Shown one piece after another: positions 42,601 through 49,555 of a stretch of DNA of 64,000 nt. The notes under the pieces are model-generated. The model did no database searches. It was not told the DNA's origin and saw only the letters and a program-made list of their open reading frames with translations. The first letter of the stretch is position 1. Each line of letters starts with the position of its first letter. Origin of the DNA: Alphaproteobacteria bacterium (lineage in GTDB: Bacteria > Pseudomonadota > Alphaproteobacteria > UBA828); assembly GCA_963667785.2 (NCBI GenBank), contig CAXXMU010000006.1:896001-960000 (forward strand), in the 5' to 3' direction. A program made the translations under genes and the position numbers.

Positions 42601-43977
42601 GCCGTATCCCTCCAGCACCACGTGGGCGTTCGTGCCCGACCAGCCGAACCCGCTCACGCCGGCCCTCGGCGGACGGTCGGCGTCGTGCGGCCACGCCGTG
42701 GGGGTCGCCGTCACCTCGAGCGGCAGCCGCTCCCAATCGATTTCCGGTCTCGGGACCCGGAAATGGAGGTGCCTGGGAATCATCCCCCGGTTCATGGCTA
42801 GTACGGTCTTGATCACGCCGGCCACGCCGGCCGCCGCCTCGAGATGGCCGATGTTGGTCTTGACCGAACCGATCAGCAGGGGGCGATCCGCGTCGCGCCC
42901 GCGACCGTACGCCATGCCGGTTGCCTGCGCCTCGATCGGATCGCCCACATCTGTGCCCGTCCCGTGCGCTTCCACGTAGTCGATGTCGGCAGGCTGCAGC
43001 CCGGCCCGCCGCAGAGCCGCCTCGATGACCTTCTCTTGCGCCGGCCCGCTCGGGACCGTCAGGCCCGGGCTTGCCCCGTCCTGGTTCAGCGCCGAGCCGC
43101 GCACGACCGCCCAGATGCGGTCGCCGTCGGCCTCCGCCTCGGCCAGCCGCTTGAGCACCACGATGCCGCACCCCTCGCCGCGCACATAGCCGTTCGCGGC
43201 GGCGTCGAACGTGGCGCAGCGTCCGTCCGGCGACAGCATGCCGGCGTTGGCACGCATCTCCAGCAGTCGGCCCGAGAGGATCGCGTGCACGCCGCCGGCA
43301 AGCGCCAGGTCCGCCTCGCCCCGCTGCAGGCCGGTCACCGCCTGATGGATCGCGACCAGCGAGGACGAGCAGGCGGTGTCCAGCGCGAGCGCCGGGCCTT
43401 CCAGCCCGAGCGCGAAGGCGACCCTGCCGATCGCCGTGTTGAAGGAGGTGCCCGTGACGGAATAGAGGCTGACGGCGGGCTCGACCGGCTGGTCGGTGTC
43501 CAGGATCAGCCCGCGATACTCGTTGTTGCTGATCCCGGCATAGACGCCGGTGCGGCTGCCCTTCAGGCGGTCCGGATCCATCCCTGCGTCTTCGAGCGCG
43601 TGCCAGCAGGTCTCCAGCATCATTCGCTGCTGGGGGTCGAGCAGTTGCGCTTCGACCGGCGAGATGCGGAAGAAGGCGGCGTCAAACAGCTCGAGCTCGT
43701 CGAGATAGGCGCCGAACCGGCACGCCGGGGCCTGCGCGGCATCGGGGAACAGCGCGCCGATTCGCCCGACGCCGGAGCCGGGAACCCCTTCGATCACGCC
43801 GCTCTCGCCCGCCTCCAGCAAGCGCCAGAATGCGGAAATATCGTCCGCGCTGGGGAACCGGCACGCCATGCCGACGATCGCCACGGGCGAACCGGCCTCG
43901 GGGAATCCCGACTCGCGATCCTCGGGCCGGGCGTGCGCGTCGTCAGCGCGTCCGCCGCTCCCGTCTCGTTCCGTCAT
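33616..43977 (-). CDS. supA: Type I PKS KS-AT-DH-cMT-ER-KR-ACP-KS-AT* (SupA-like)
   Basis: KS1 DTACSSS/HGTGT/NIGH; AT1 GHSLG; DH HRVFGRLIAP; MT LEVGAGTG; ER HAGAGGVG; KR GGLGGIG; ACP GMDSL; KS2 ELNCASS; AT2 GEGAG. The PKS call is firm; the supA name rests on recalled architecture. Confidence 0.88.
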   Translation of the reverse strand: MTERDGSGGRADDAHARPEDRESGFPEAGSPVAIVGMACRFPSADDISAFWRLLEAGESGVIEGVPGSGVGRIGALFPDAAQAPACRFGAYLDELELFDAAFFRISPVEAQLLDPQQRMMLETCWHALEDAGMDPDRLKGSRTGVYAGISNNEYRGLILDTDQPVEPAVSLYSVTGTSFNTAIGRVAFALGLEGPALALDTACSSSLVAIHQAVTGLQRGEADLALAGGVHAILSGRLLEMRANAGMLSPDGRCATFDAAANGYVRGEGCGIVVLKRLAEAEADGDRIWAVVRGSALNQDGASPGLTVPSGPAQEKVIEAALRRAGLQPADIDYVEAHGTGTDVGDPIEAQATGMAYGRGRDADRPLLIGSVKTNIGHLEAAAGVAGVIKTVLAMNRGMIPRHLHFRVPRPEIDWERLPLEVTATPTAWPHDADRPPRAGVSGFGWSGTNAHVVLEGYGAPNGAPPRPADGHEAVGAAQAVPISLPASVAGETTAEPAPAPRLTRVLPLSGKSDGALRALAGRYLAWLDEWAGVPAAGADALADMAWTAAAGRSHFSHRRGVVFQDDGSLRVGLAALQEGDEPAAPQTAARVAFAYTGQASQWPGMGAALYASEPVVRAVLDRCDALLAEDRAGASLLDVMFGRPGAVGDLDDPQWKQPAIYALECALAALWASIGIRPDVVIGHSLGEIAAAHTAGVFGLEEGLRFAAARGSLIGALPGEGAMAAVFAPASRIAPVLDEQNATSDGPDISIAADNGAHQVVSGPKTGIEALLARFEADEVRVARLRKSPAYHSAMIEPALGDLEAAISTIAFQPPSLTFVSNLTGRPLGEGEAPDAAYWRRQARETVAFRGCIETLAELGVDAVIEIGPHAVLGPMTTMAWPEAAGPAPVVLSSLVRPSKDEEPPAPGSGGGFADAVAGAYEAGLPLEFPGLFAGETRRRVALPGYPFQRERHWIEMPKRRRQASDHPLLGSRHESASGEIAFDTEIFPSDPAWLADHRVFGRLIAPGALYGAMAAAASLAEGSEAVVVDDFQMQSALVFPDEDAEDGAADAGRRVQVLLDGHEDGASRRVRILSRGEGEDGWTLHAEGRIPDGPPGPAPAAAPLDVEGLKAALSPVDLSGYYRAKASVGIDLGPSFRTIEALWARPGEAIAEVALPADLESGALDVHPLLLDGCFQVFGAARSADGGEEGITYLPFAWDGLRLPARLPERLICHVRMKEGPEGAAAEAENGDVPEVQAADLLLYEPDGAPIGVLAGFTVKRATRAALLAAVEGIDELLYEVVWRDAALAPGVLPADFLTAPSDVTAETDLFTAYLANEGVGADDRAALLADLEQLSHAYALATLDRLGWQREAGASVDSEDLRQRLKVGDEHVRLFRRLLEMQARTGVLTEEPDGAFVVAVGSEDPLPDGMPDDTETLAGRMAAQYAHGSNEIGLFRRSANALADVLRGEADALTLLFSSGEPTAADLYLKAPVARAANRMLADATATLLRDLPAGRRLRVLEVGAGTGSATAAVLPELPAGGYDFIYTDISAGFFSEAESRFGGAEAAIDYRVLDIEKDPLEQGFDAHGYDLVIASNVLHATRYLNETLAHCLALLAPSGQLVALENLRSQGWLDLTFGQLDGWWRFADDYRPHHALATPAVWRQALGDAGFGDVAILGFDESDPDANPDRGVIVAQGPAEVTEAPGVWVLAADRGGVADGLARELAAHNQRVVLAGDAPRGAAEDAASGVASESVEAENRDSWRALLDDLPADPPLAGVVHLAGLDGHGTQATTAEMAADAQHVAASALALTQALAESDLAPSKGLWFVTRGAQVLERERGGELAGATLWGLGKVAAREAPRLQPRMLDLDPADAWVPTDLATELLYPDDETHIAYRFGRRQCARLVRAAAVADRLALPEEPGWELAPDAGGSLDAIQVVPVPERPLEPGEVRAAIEAFGLNFRDVFIAIGLVDDFMGGEFCGRVLEVGEGVTSVAVGDRVVGMTFRNYGSETVTLEKMIVPAPAGFSVTELATIPTAFVSAALSFELSGLNAGDRVLVHAGAGGVGLAAIQLAQAAGAEVFATASARKRDYLRSLGVAHVFDSRTTAFGSDILEATGGVGVDMVLNSLTGEGYIEASLSCLAKAGRFVEMGRVDILSEDEMAALRPDVSYAILMIDVLKEEEPAKAGEILRRVMARLEAGELTPLLHARWPVAEAGSAMKCMQAARHIGKIIFTNSPLARGRLREDRSYLVTGGLGGIGIAVAGWLAERGAGAIVLNGRRAPEPEVEAAIEALRGQGAAVQVELADVTDAAALDAMLARMDADLPPLAGVIHSVGVLSDATIGNQSWETFETVLWPKMLGAWHLHRATAGRDLDMFVLFSSVAGVLGNPGQANHAAANAFLDQLAAHRQALGLPGQAIAWGAWSEIGEAEEQRERMTRRSVTGGIEWITPQQGLRAFDRLVREDATTGVVVARDWVAFGESLETRPPLLEDLLSDGADDGTDDASADDLLARLREAPAATREEVLASFLQGEVKAVLRLPTTPAPAVGFFDLGMDSLMAVELRNRLNRAFGGVYTASNTVVFDYPDIAALAAHLTGELGDIVGADAPAPQPAPAPVAAARRDGEGTADAIAIVGMACRFPGGPDLPSFWNQLDAGADAVTDERREAGPWEDFVEHLPAQYADFGRAGFVDGIDQFDARFFGISPIEARIMDPQQRMLLETTWQALEDAGIDPDGLKGSSTGVYAGVATSEYRDLMKGGDYGIGYLSTAASMAVGRLAFRFGLAGPTMPVELNCASSLVAVHQAVTSLRLGEADLALVGGVSAVLSAPITREMADLGLLSRDGVCKSFDAAADGFVRGEGCGMVVLKRLAEAEADGDRIWAVIRGSAVNQNGASAGATVPNGPAQERVIEQALSQAAISPAEVDYLEAHGAGSAFGDPIEVQAAAAVYGRGRDADRPLLIGSVKTNIGHLESAAGIAGLIKAVLAMTRGVIPQHLHLRTPSPLIEWERLPVRVTTEAADWPRAPDRPPRAGVSAFGISGVNAHVVLEGYADAEGAAGPRENGHLPAGPARPVAASLPESVAEPSPEDDASAGRDTRILPLSGKSEEAVRALAGRYLAWLDDHAGDLAADAAASGPLLSDMAWTAGVGRSHLACRAGVVFCDAASLRERLTAVAGTGGAAKTATVGKVAFVYPGEGSQWQGMGKALYESEPVVRAVLDRCEAALGEARGASLLDAMFARSGPANALEDPAWSRPATYALACALMALWSSVGIRPSAVAGEGAGEIAAAQAAGVLGLEDGLRLAAGDDPEAALEGVALAPPSIGLISGATGRPVEPGTAPDAAYWERQARERAPLERCAGALAALGADVVIELGPQAALGPALAGAWPASANAPTTSASLTPPPAGESGRSASGDTGFVAAVAAAYEAGLPVSFAGLFAGETRRRISLPGYPFQRRRHWLRKLGTQAAAPA

Positions 43978-44288
43978 CGCACTGCTCCCGCCATGAGGAG
44001 ATCGGCATGGTCATTCTAACCCGTGCACATGCACGAGCGGCATACACATACAAGAGCCTTCCCGCCAGATGCGGCACGCGGGCGGCACGAGGGGCTCACA
44101 CGTCTCCCTCGGACGCCTGCAAGCCGGGCGATGGTATCAGGCGGAAGGCGCCTCCCGCATCCGGGTCGCGTCGGGCCAGCGCTCCCGCAGGCACGCGCCT
44201 AGCCCGCTCAAAGCCGAGCGCTACAAGGGGGAGCCCGGTTCTTCGACCGGAAGGAATCGCCCGTTTGCAACCTGTTGGACGAGCAGGA

Positions 44289-44302
44289 TGGCGGAGGGAG
44301 TG
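44289..44302 (-). other. Candidate att core resembling a tRNA (Ser-like) 3' end
   Basis: Reverse complement CACTCCCTCCGCCA, 150 nt upstream of the P4-like integrase at the core/island boundary. Confidence 0.5.
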
Positions 44303-44450
44303 TCCGCCGTTAGAACGTTTCGCTCTATCCCGGTATGTCTCCACAACACTCTGAAATAAGGCTTTTCATGAATGTGTCGCGTCTTGCACGGCCTCACGCC
44401 ATCCCGTACAATCCCGTCTAGTATAGGGAGTGGGAAAGAGGGTAATCGCC

Positions 44451-45686
44451 ATGGCGGACGGTCGAAAACCGAAGGGCAAGCACCCTGACAAGGCCCTGAG
44501 CCCGGCCTTCGTGCGCAAGGCCTCGAAGCCCGGACGCTACAACGACGGCAACGGGCTGTTCCTGAAGGTCGACCCCTCGGGCGCCAAGCGCTGGGGACAA
44601 AGGCTTGTCATCCACGGACGGCAGCGCACACTAGGACTTGGCGGGTGTGCGCTTGTGACTTTGGCCGAGGCGCGAGAGGCCGCACTGGCGAATCGCAAGA
44701 TCGCGCGGGCTGGCGGTGACCCGCTGGCGCAGCGTCGCCTCACGACCGATACCCCGACATTCGAGTCTGCAGCCGCGACCGTCATCGAGCTGCACCACCA
44801 CGGATGGCGCAACGAAAAGCACGCCGCCCAGTGGGAGGCCACGCTGCGCACCTACGTCCACCCGCACCTGGGCAAGCGATCCGTCGCAGACATCACGACC
44901 GCCGACGTCATGGCAGTCCTCATGCCGATCTGGAACGAGAAGCCCGAGACCGCCCGGCGCGTGCGCCAGCGCATCTCCACCGTGATGAAGTGGGCCGTGG
45001 CGCAGGGCTACCGGGGCGACAATCCTGCCGGCGACGCGATCGGCGCGGCTCTTCCCAAGCACAACGGCAAGACCAAGCGCCATCATCGAGCCCTGCCGCA
45101 CGGGGAGGTTGCGGCCGCCATCGAGGCGGTACGTGGCTCCAACGCCGGGAGGTCCGTAAAGCTCGCCTTCGAGTTTCTGGTGCTGACGGCCGCGCGCTCG
45201 GGCGAGGTCCGGCTCGCCACCTGGGACGAGATCGACAGGGACGCGAAGACCTGGACCGTACCGGCTTCACGCATGAAAGCCGGGCGCGAACATCGGGTGC
45301 CGCTGTCCGAACGCGCGCTCGCGATCCTCGATGAAGTGCAGGCGCTCTCCGACGGAAGCGGCCTCGTCTTTCCCGGCACCCGAACCGGCAAGCCGCTCTC
45401 GGACATGACGCTATCCAAGCTCATGCGCGACCTAGACCTCGACGCCGTGCCGCACGGCTTCAGATCGAGCTTCCGCGACTGGGCGGCCGAGTGCACTAAC
45501 GCCCCGCGCGACGTGATGGAGGCGGCTCTGGCCCACACGGTGCGTGACAAGGTCGAGGCCGCCTACAACCGCACCGACCTGTTCGAGCGTCGGCGCGCGC
45601 TCATGGATCAATGGGCCTCTTACCTCGACGGCGCCGCCGGCGCCGTCGTGACGATGGTGCGCCGTAAGGGACAGGCAAATGCGTGA
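44451..45686 (+). CDS. P4-like tyrosine integrase
   Basis: Arm-binding N-terminus DGNGLFL..SGAKRW; LTAARSGE, KAGREHRVPL, HGFRSSFRDW, LAH, AYNR. Confidence 0.95.
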   Translation: MADGRKPKGKHPDKALSPAFVRKASKPGRYNDGNGLFLKVDPSGAKRWGQRLVIHGRQRTLGLGGCALVTLAEAREAALANRKIARAGGDPLAQRRLTTDTPTFESAAATVIELHHHGWRNEKHAAQWEATLRTYVHPHLGKRSVADITTADVMAVLMPIWNEKPETARRVRQRISTVMKWAVAQGYRGDNPAGDAIGAALPKHNGKTKRHHRALPHGEVAAAIEAVRGSNAGRSVKLAFEFLVLTAARSGEVRLATWDEIDRDAKTWTVPASRMKAGREHRVPLSERALAILDEVQALSDGSGLVFPGTRTGKPLSDMTLSKLMRDLDLDAVPHGFRSSFRDWAAECTNAPRDVMEAALAHTVRDKVEAAYNRTDLFERRRALMDQWASYLDGAAGAVVTMVRRKGQANA

Positions 45687-46536
45687 ACGGGAGCGGAGAG
45701 CGGCACGGAAGCGACAGGACATGGAGGACGCCTATGCTGAGGCCTGTGGGATCGTCGACCACGTTCTGGCGCACCCGACGCTTCAAGACAGATTAGAGCT
45801 CAGTTTACGGTTCCCTGCTCTCTCTCCAGAGGAACAGCAGAGACAATTCCGCGACTTAGTAGAAGGAAATGCGAGGATCTGTCTGCATGGCCGACCTAAT
45901 GAGGGCATTCGGCCGGAACTCTGGTGCCACGCATTGATCGAGGAAGTTGACCTCCTGGCACATGCGCGACCCGCGCTGGAACGTGCCAAGGAGCTATACC
46001 GCGAAACAGGGACGCAAATGCCCATACGCTTGAGGGAGTGGTGTCCCGGTCCCTCCCCGTCCCGGCGGCGCGGGCCGCGTGGCCAAGCGCAAGGCATGAC
46101 AGCACTGCGCGACCACGTGCTCTCTATGCCAATCTCTGCGGTGAAATATGTTCAAGAACATAACCGTTGGCCCGAGCGTCTATCCCTTGGACGCGCGTTG
46201 TCGAAAGGAGAAGAGCCGACCGGTTACACGATCTGCGGCGCAGTTTGTGAAGTGGTCGCCGCACGCCATGGCGACTACAAAGTGTACCAGCGGGTCACCT
46301 ACCACATGGTTCGCAATGGCTGGAGACGGTACCAACGGAAAGATCGAACAAGTGTCGGGCGGCCAATCCTCCCGCCGCAAGGGCTGGCATCTGTCCTGAA
46401 CCCTCCCGACGGCACCGGTGAGCCCTTCCGGCGCTGGATGGGGGAGAGGACTGCACGCCACATCGCCGGTGAGCTCAATGCACCGACTGCTGACCCGATC
46501 CAAGACGGCTCGGCCCAAGATACCGACGCTGGCTGA
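45679..46536 (+). CDS. Hypothetical protein coupled to the integrase
   Basis: 285-aa ORF overlapping the integrase stop; no motif recognised. Confidence 0.6.
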   Translation: MRERERRAARKRQDMEDAYAEACGIVDHVLAHPTLQDRLELSLRFPALSPEEQQRQFRDLVEGNARICLHGRPNEGIRPELWCHALIEEVDLLAHARPALERAKELYRETGTQMPIRLREWCPGPSPSRRRGPRGQAQGMTALRDHVLSMPISAVKYVQEHNRWPERLSLGRALSKGEEPTGYTICGAVCEVVAARHGDYKVYQRVTYHMVRNGWRRYQRKDRTSVGRPILPPQGLASVLNPPDGTGEPFRRWMGERTARHIAGELNAPTADPIQDGSAQDTDAG

Positions 46537-46652
46537 CTGACAGGCGGGCAGTCTCAGCGAAAGCGCACCTGCAGTTATCTTTGCTTCACATGTGACCGTC
46601 GCAGGTTGCTACGCCTCCCTGTACGGCTTCACGCGCCACTGGAGGAAAGCGG

Positions 46653-46904
46653 ATGTCTGGCGACGATCAGCTCTTGCGGCTGCCCGCCGTGACCCAGCTC
46701 ACTGGTGTTTCTCGCAGCCGAATCTACTTGCTCATGCAATCGGGCGAGTTCCCGCGCTCGCTGAAGATTGGCCCCCGCGCACGCGCCTGGAGCAAGCGAG
46801 AGATTCTCGACTGGATGGCGCAACGCCAGCGAACGCGTCCCGGCGAGATGCCGGCAACACCCTCAACCGGTTCATGCGCCGCACGGGCGCGCTCGCCCTC
46901 TTGA
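46653..46904 (+). CDS. alpA: AlpA family regulator/excisionase
   Basis: LLRLPAVTQLTGVSRSRIY.LM..GEFP...IG.RARAW...EI.DW. Confidence 0.92.
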   Translation: MSGDDQLLRLPAVTQLTGVSRSRIYLLMQSGEFPRSLKIGPRARAWSKREILDWMAQRQRTRPGEMPATPSTGSCAARARSPS

Positions 46905-47386
46905 GCTACAGGAGCGATGTGGACCGGCTCTTGTCCTGCGCTTTCGATCTGCTGCTGCTGGACGCTCTCCAGAGAGTCCCCTTCACCCCTCACGGCATGT
47001 GGACGCTGGACAGGTATCTCAACGGGACGGCGCTTAGACTGCGGAGCAAGCTGGCGTTCCGCATCAACTACGACAGGGCTCGGGCCAAGGCGGGTCGTTG
47101 AGAGGAAGCATTGGACCGATGCGGCGCCGCGCCGTACCGGGCAAGCGAAGGGCCGACGGGATGGATACACGTCAGGTATTTAGCCTGATCCCGATGGTGG
47201 GCAGGAGATGGCCTGAGTAGCCAGGAGATAGATCGTTTGGAGGGTGCCGTGCCGTCTTCTGATCGGGAGTGGCCTGGAGGGATTTCCTGTGCCTATTGTC
47301 CAAGTACCTATTGGGTACCTGGTGGACGAAGGCGAAGAAGAGTTGAGCAGATACAGGACGTGCTCTGTTCCAGAAAACTTCCTCTC

Positions 47387-48457
47387 TCAATCCTCTGTGT
47401 TTTGTGGGACTGGCGGCCGCTCTTGCTGGATCACATCGACACGATCCTTGAGTGCACCAAAATCACTAGTGGCATTCTCCAGCCGTTCTTCGAGGTTCTC
47501 TATTCGCTCTGTAATGCTTTGAGCATTCTCGGTCGCCTGCTGCCGATCCGCCTTCACCTGCTGATGAACCTCATTCGTCGTTGTTACCACCTGACTCACA
47601 AGGGAATAACCTTGAACAATAATCGTAGCAATTGCCGCAACCACCAATATCGCAGTTGCAACACCTATCCAAGTGTAAAGTTTTCTGAATCGGTCGGTAG
47701 TGTCGCGTGATTTTTCGACAGAATCTCTAGCTTCTTCTGCCCCTTTTCGAGCTGTTTCAGCAGCGTTTCTGGTTTCATCCAAGGCTCCATGGAAAGCACT
47801 CTGTACTCCGCCTTGGGCGGTTACTCCGGATTTCAGAAAGTACGCAAGCGGATCGTCAAGGTCTTTTGCGTTGGGAAATGCTTTCAGATTCTCAGGTCTC
47901 CCTACACCCTCCTTATTATGCTGCTTCCAATATTCGCTTTCGGATAGTTTTGTAAATTCCACCCAAATAATCCCATCTCCACCACAAATTTCATAATTGT
48001 TATTTGTGAGGTTATGCAGCGGAATCAGTAGACTTCCCGAAAATCCAGAATCTACTAGTGGACCAGTTCCCAATAACAGACCCTTATGTACATGACGAAT
48101 GTGTAAGTTGAAACGCGCAGCGATATACTCCGGAAGAAACAATTGTTCTGCCATCCACAAATAAGTTATAGAGTTGCGGTGTAGTATAGTGGGTTTATCT
48201 TTCACTATTTCTCTACAACGGGGCTTCAATTGTCCTTCATCAGTGACAATCCAGTCATAAAGCTTGCCTAGAAACCGCATCTCGTATGACGCAGGCTTGA
48301 GAAGATCAGAGTCGAACGTCGCTTTGTCGAGAAGACATCCAATGTCGACATATTTCTTGATGTCAGCAGAATTCAGCAGCGCCGGAGCTATGTCTTGTGA
48401 ATAGGGATCATAGGCGTAGTTTTTGTTTTTCCGCCATTGTTGATGTGTTCTAGTCAT
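47387..48457 (-). CDS. dCTP deaminase/dUTPase-fold protein with C-terminal TM helix and coiled coil
   Basis: LLNSADI, LKPASYEMR, PLVDSGFSG.L...LHNL; TM IGVATAILVVAAIATIIV; GAAGGA RBS. Confidence 0.8.
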   Translation of the reverse strand: MTRTHQQWRKNKNYAYDPYSQDIAPALLNSADIKKYVDIGCLLDKATFDSDLLKPASYEMRFLGKLYDWIVTDEGQLKPRCREIVKDKPTILHRNSITYLWMAEQLFLPEYIAARFNLHIRHVHKGLLLGTGPLVDSGFSGSLLIPLHNLTNNNYEICGGDGIIWVEFTKLSESEYWKQHNKEGVGRPENLKAFPNAKDLDDPLAYFLKSGVTAQGGVQSAFHGALDETRNAAETARKGAEEARDSVEKSRDTTDRFRKLYTWIGVATAILVVAAIATIIVQGYSLVSQVVTTTNEVHQQVKADRQQATENAQSITERIENLEERLENATSDFGALKDRVDVIQQERPPVPQNTED

Positions 48458-48490
48458 TCTGTAGTCCTTCCGACGACGATTATGCTAACA

Positions 48491-49555
48491 CTAATTCTGG
48501 TCGCTTTTCTGCGTGAACGGCTCGGTAAACCATCCGGATTGGGGACGGTCGATAATGCGGCTAGGGCCTGATCCTACATAGTTGATTTTCTGTCCCAATT
48601 GAGATTCGAGAAGCGAAACGCATTTGCCTGCTCGAGAGCTGATAGTAGCGGACTCGTGAATCGCATAGTCAAAATAGTCTACGTGATTGAGAAAAATCAT
48701 GTTTGGAGAGTTCGCCCGAAGTGCCCGGAGCACGACCTCGTCATGAAACTCAGCGACTCGGCGGGGTCGCCCAGTAACTGTAGTGAACTCTGTCAGGTTG
48801 ACGTTGGCTCCGCTGCTGCGTGTGATTGACTCCCATGTGGTCTCAAGAGGGAGAGGACCAGAATTTCCGTGCACACGGATGGGAAATGAGCGGATGACCA
48901 GGGCAACGCAGTCGACAAGACGTGGGCTCAGTCCCGCCTCGGACAAAGCTCCTGCCGCAGTTGTGTCGCGGCTAGTTGAATATGGGTAGTGCCCGCCGTG
49001 CAGAATTGATAGCCCGAAGCCTTGGGTGCCTTCAATCATGACACGTTGTCCGTCTTCGAGGGCGACGGCCAGGACGTCGTCTAGGTCAGGACGAACGAAT
49101 TCACGAAGGCACTCAATGGTACCGGCAAACGTGATCGACGATCTCCGCATCGCTCGTTGCGCCACGGCCCCACCCACTCCCTGTCCCGTGGATGCTATTC
49201 CTTCCAGCAAGCCTGCGGCGCGCTCATCTGCTCTCATCGAATCGTCCAGCACGACGGCCGACGGATGAATCAACAAGCGGTCTTTCGTGAGGCCAGTTTC
49301 TTCCATTTCGCGCATGAGAATGGTGGAATCGAGGTAGGCACCCGCAGGAACGATACCGATAACGTCGTCGGTCAGGATTGGTGTGGGAAGATGCTGAAGA
49401 ACAATGCGACGTCCGTCCTCGACCACAGTGTGACCCGAGTTCGGTCCTCCTACGCGAATCGCGTATCGCGGTCGTTGCAGGCGCGCCAGCCAGTGTGCGA
49501 CCTTGCCCTTGCCTTCCGAACCGTATTGGCCACCGACTACTATGGTTACCGGCAT
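48491..49555 (-). CDS. Adenylosuccinate synthetase-family protein, short PurZ/PurZ0-like variant
   Basis: GGQYGSEGKGK, GGPNSGHT, EGTQG, YPYSTSRD, PIRVHGNSGPL, TTVTGRPRRV, NHVDY. Confidence 0.88.
   Translation of the reverse strand: MPVTIVVGGQYGSEGKGKVAHWLARLQRPRYAIRVGGPNSGHTVVEDGRRIVLQHLPTPILTDDVIGIVPAGAYLDSTILMREMEETGLTKDRLLIHPSAVVLDDSMRADERAAGLLEGIASTGQGVGGAVAQRAMRRSSITFAGTIECLREFVRPDLDDVLAVALEDGQRVMIEGTQGFGLSILHGGHYPYSTSRDTTAAGALSEAGLSPRLVDCVALVIRSFPIRVHGNSGPLPLETTWESITRSSGANVNLTEFTTVTGRPRRVAEFHDEVVLRALRANSPNMIFLNHVDYFDYAIHESATISSRAGKCVSLLESQLGQKINYVGSGPSRIIDRPQSGWFTEPFTQKSDQN

Noticed and set aside
46874-47101. Small ORF after alpA (MRRTGALALLSYRSD...)
   Set aside because: Plausible but has no motif or clear RBS; insufficient support
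48491-49555. Housekeeping purA
   Set aside because: The catalytic Asp13 position is Ser, the protein is short (354 aa), GC is atypical and it lies in an island operon
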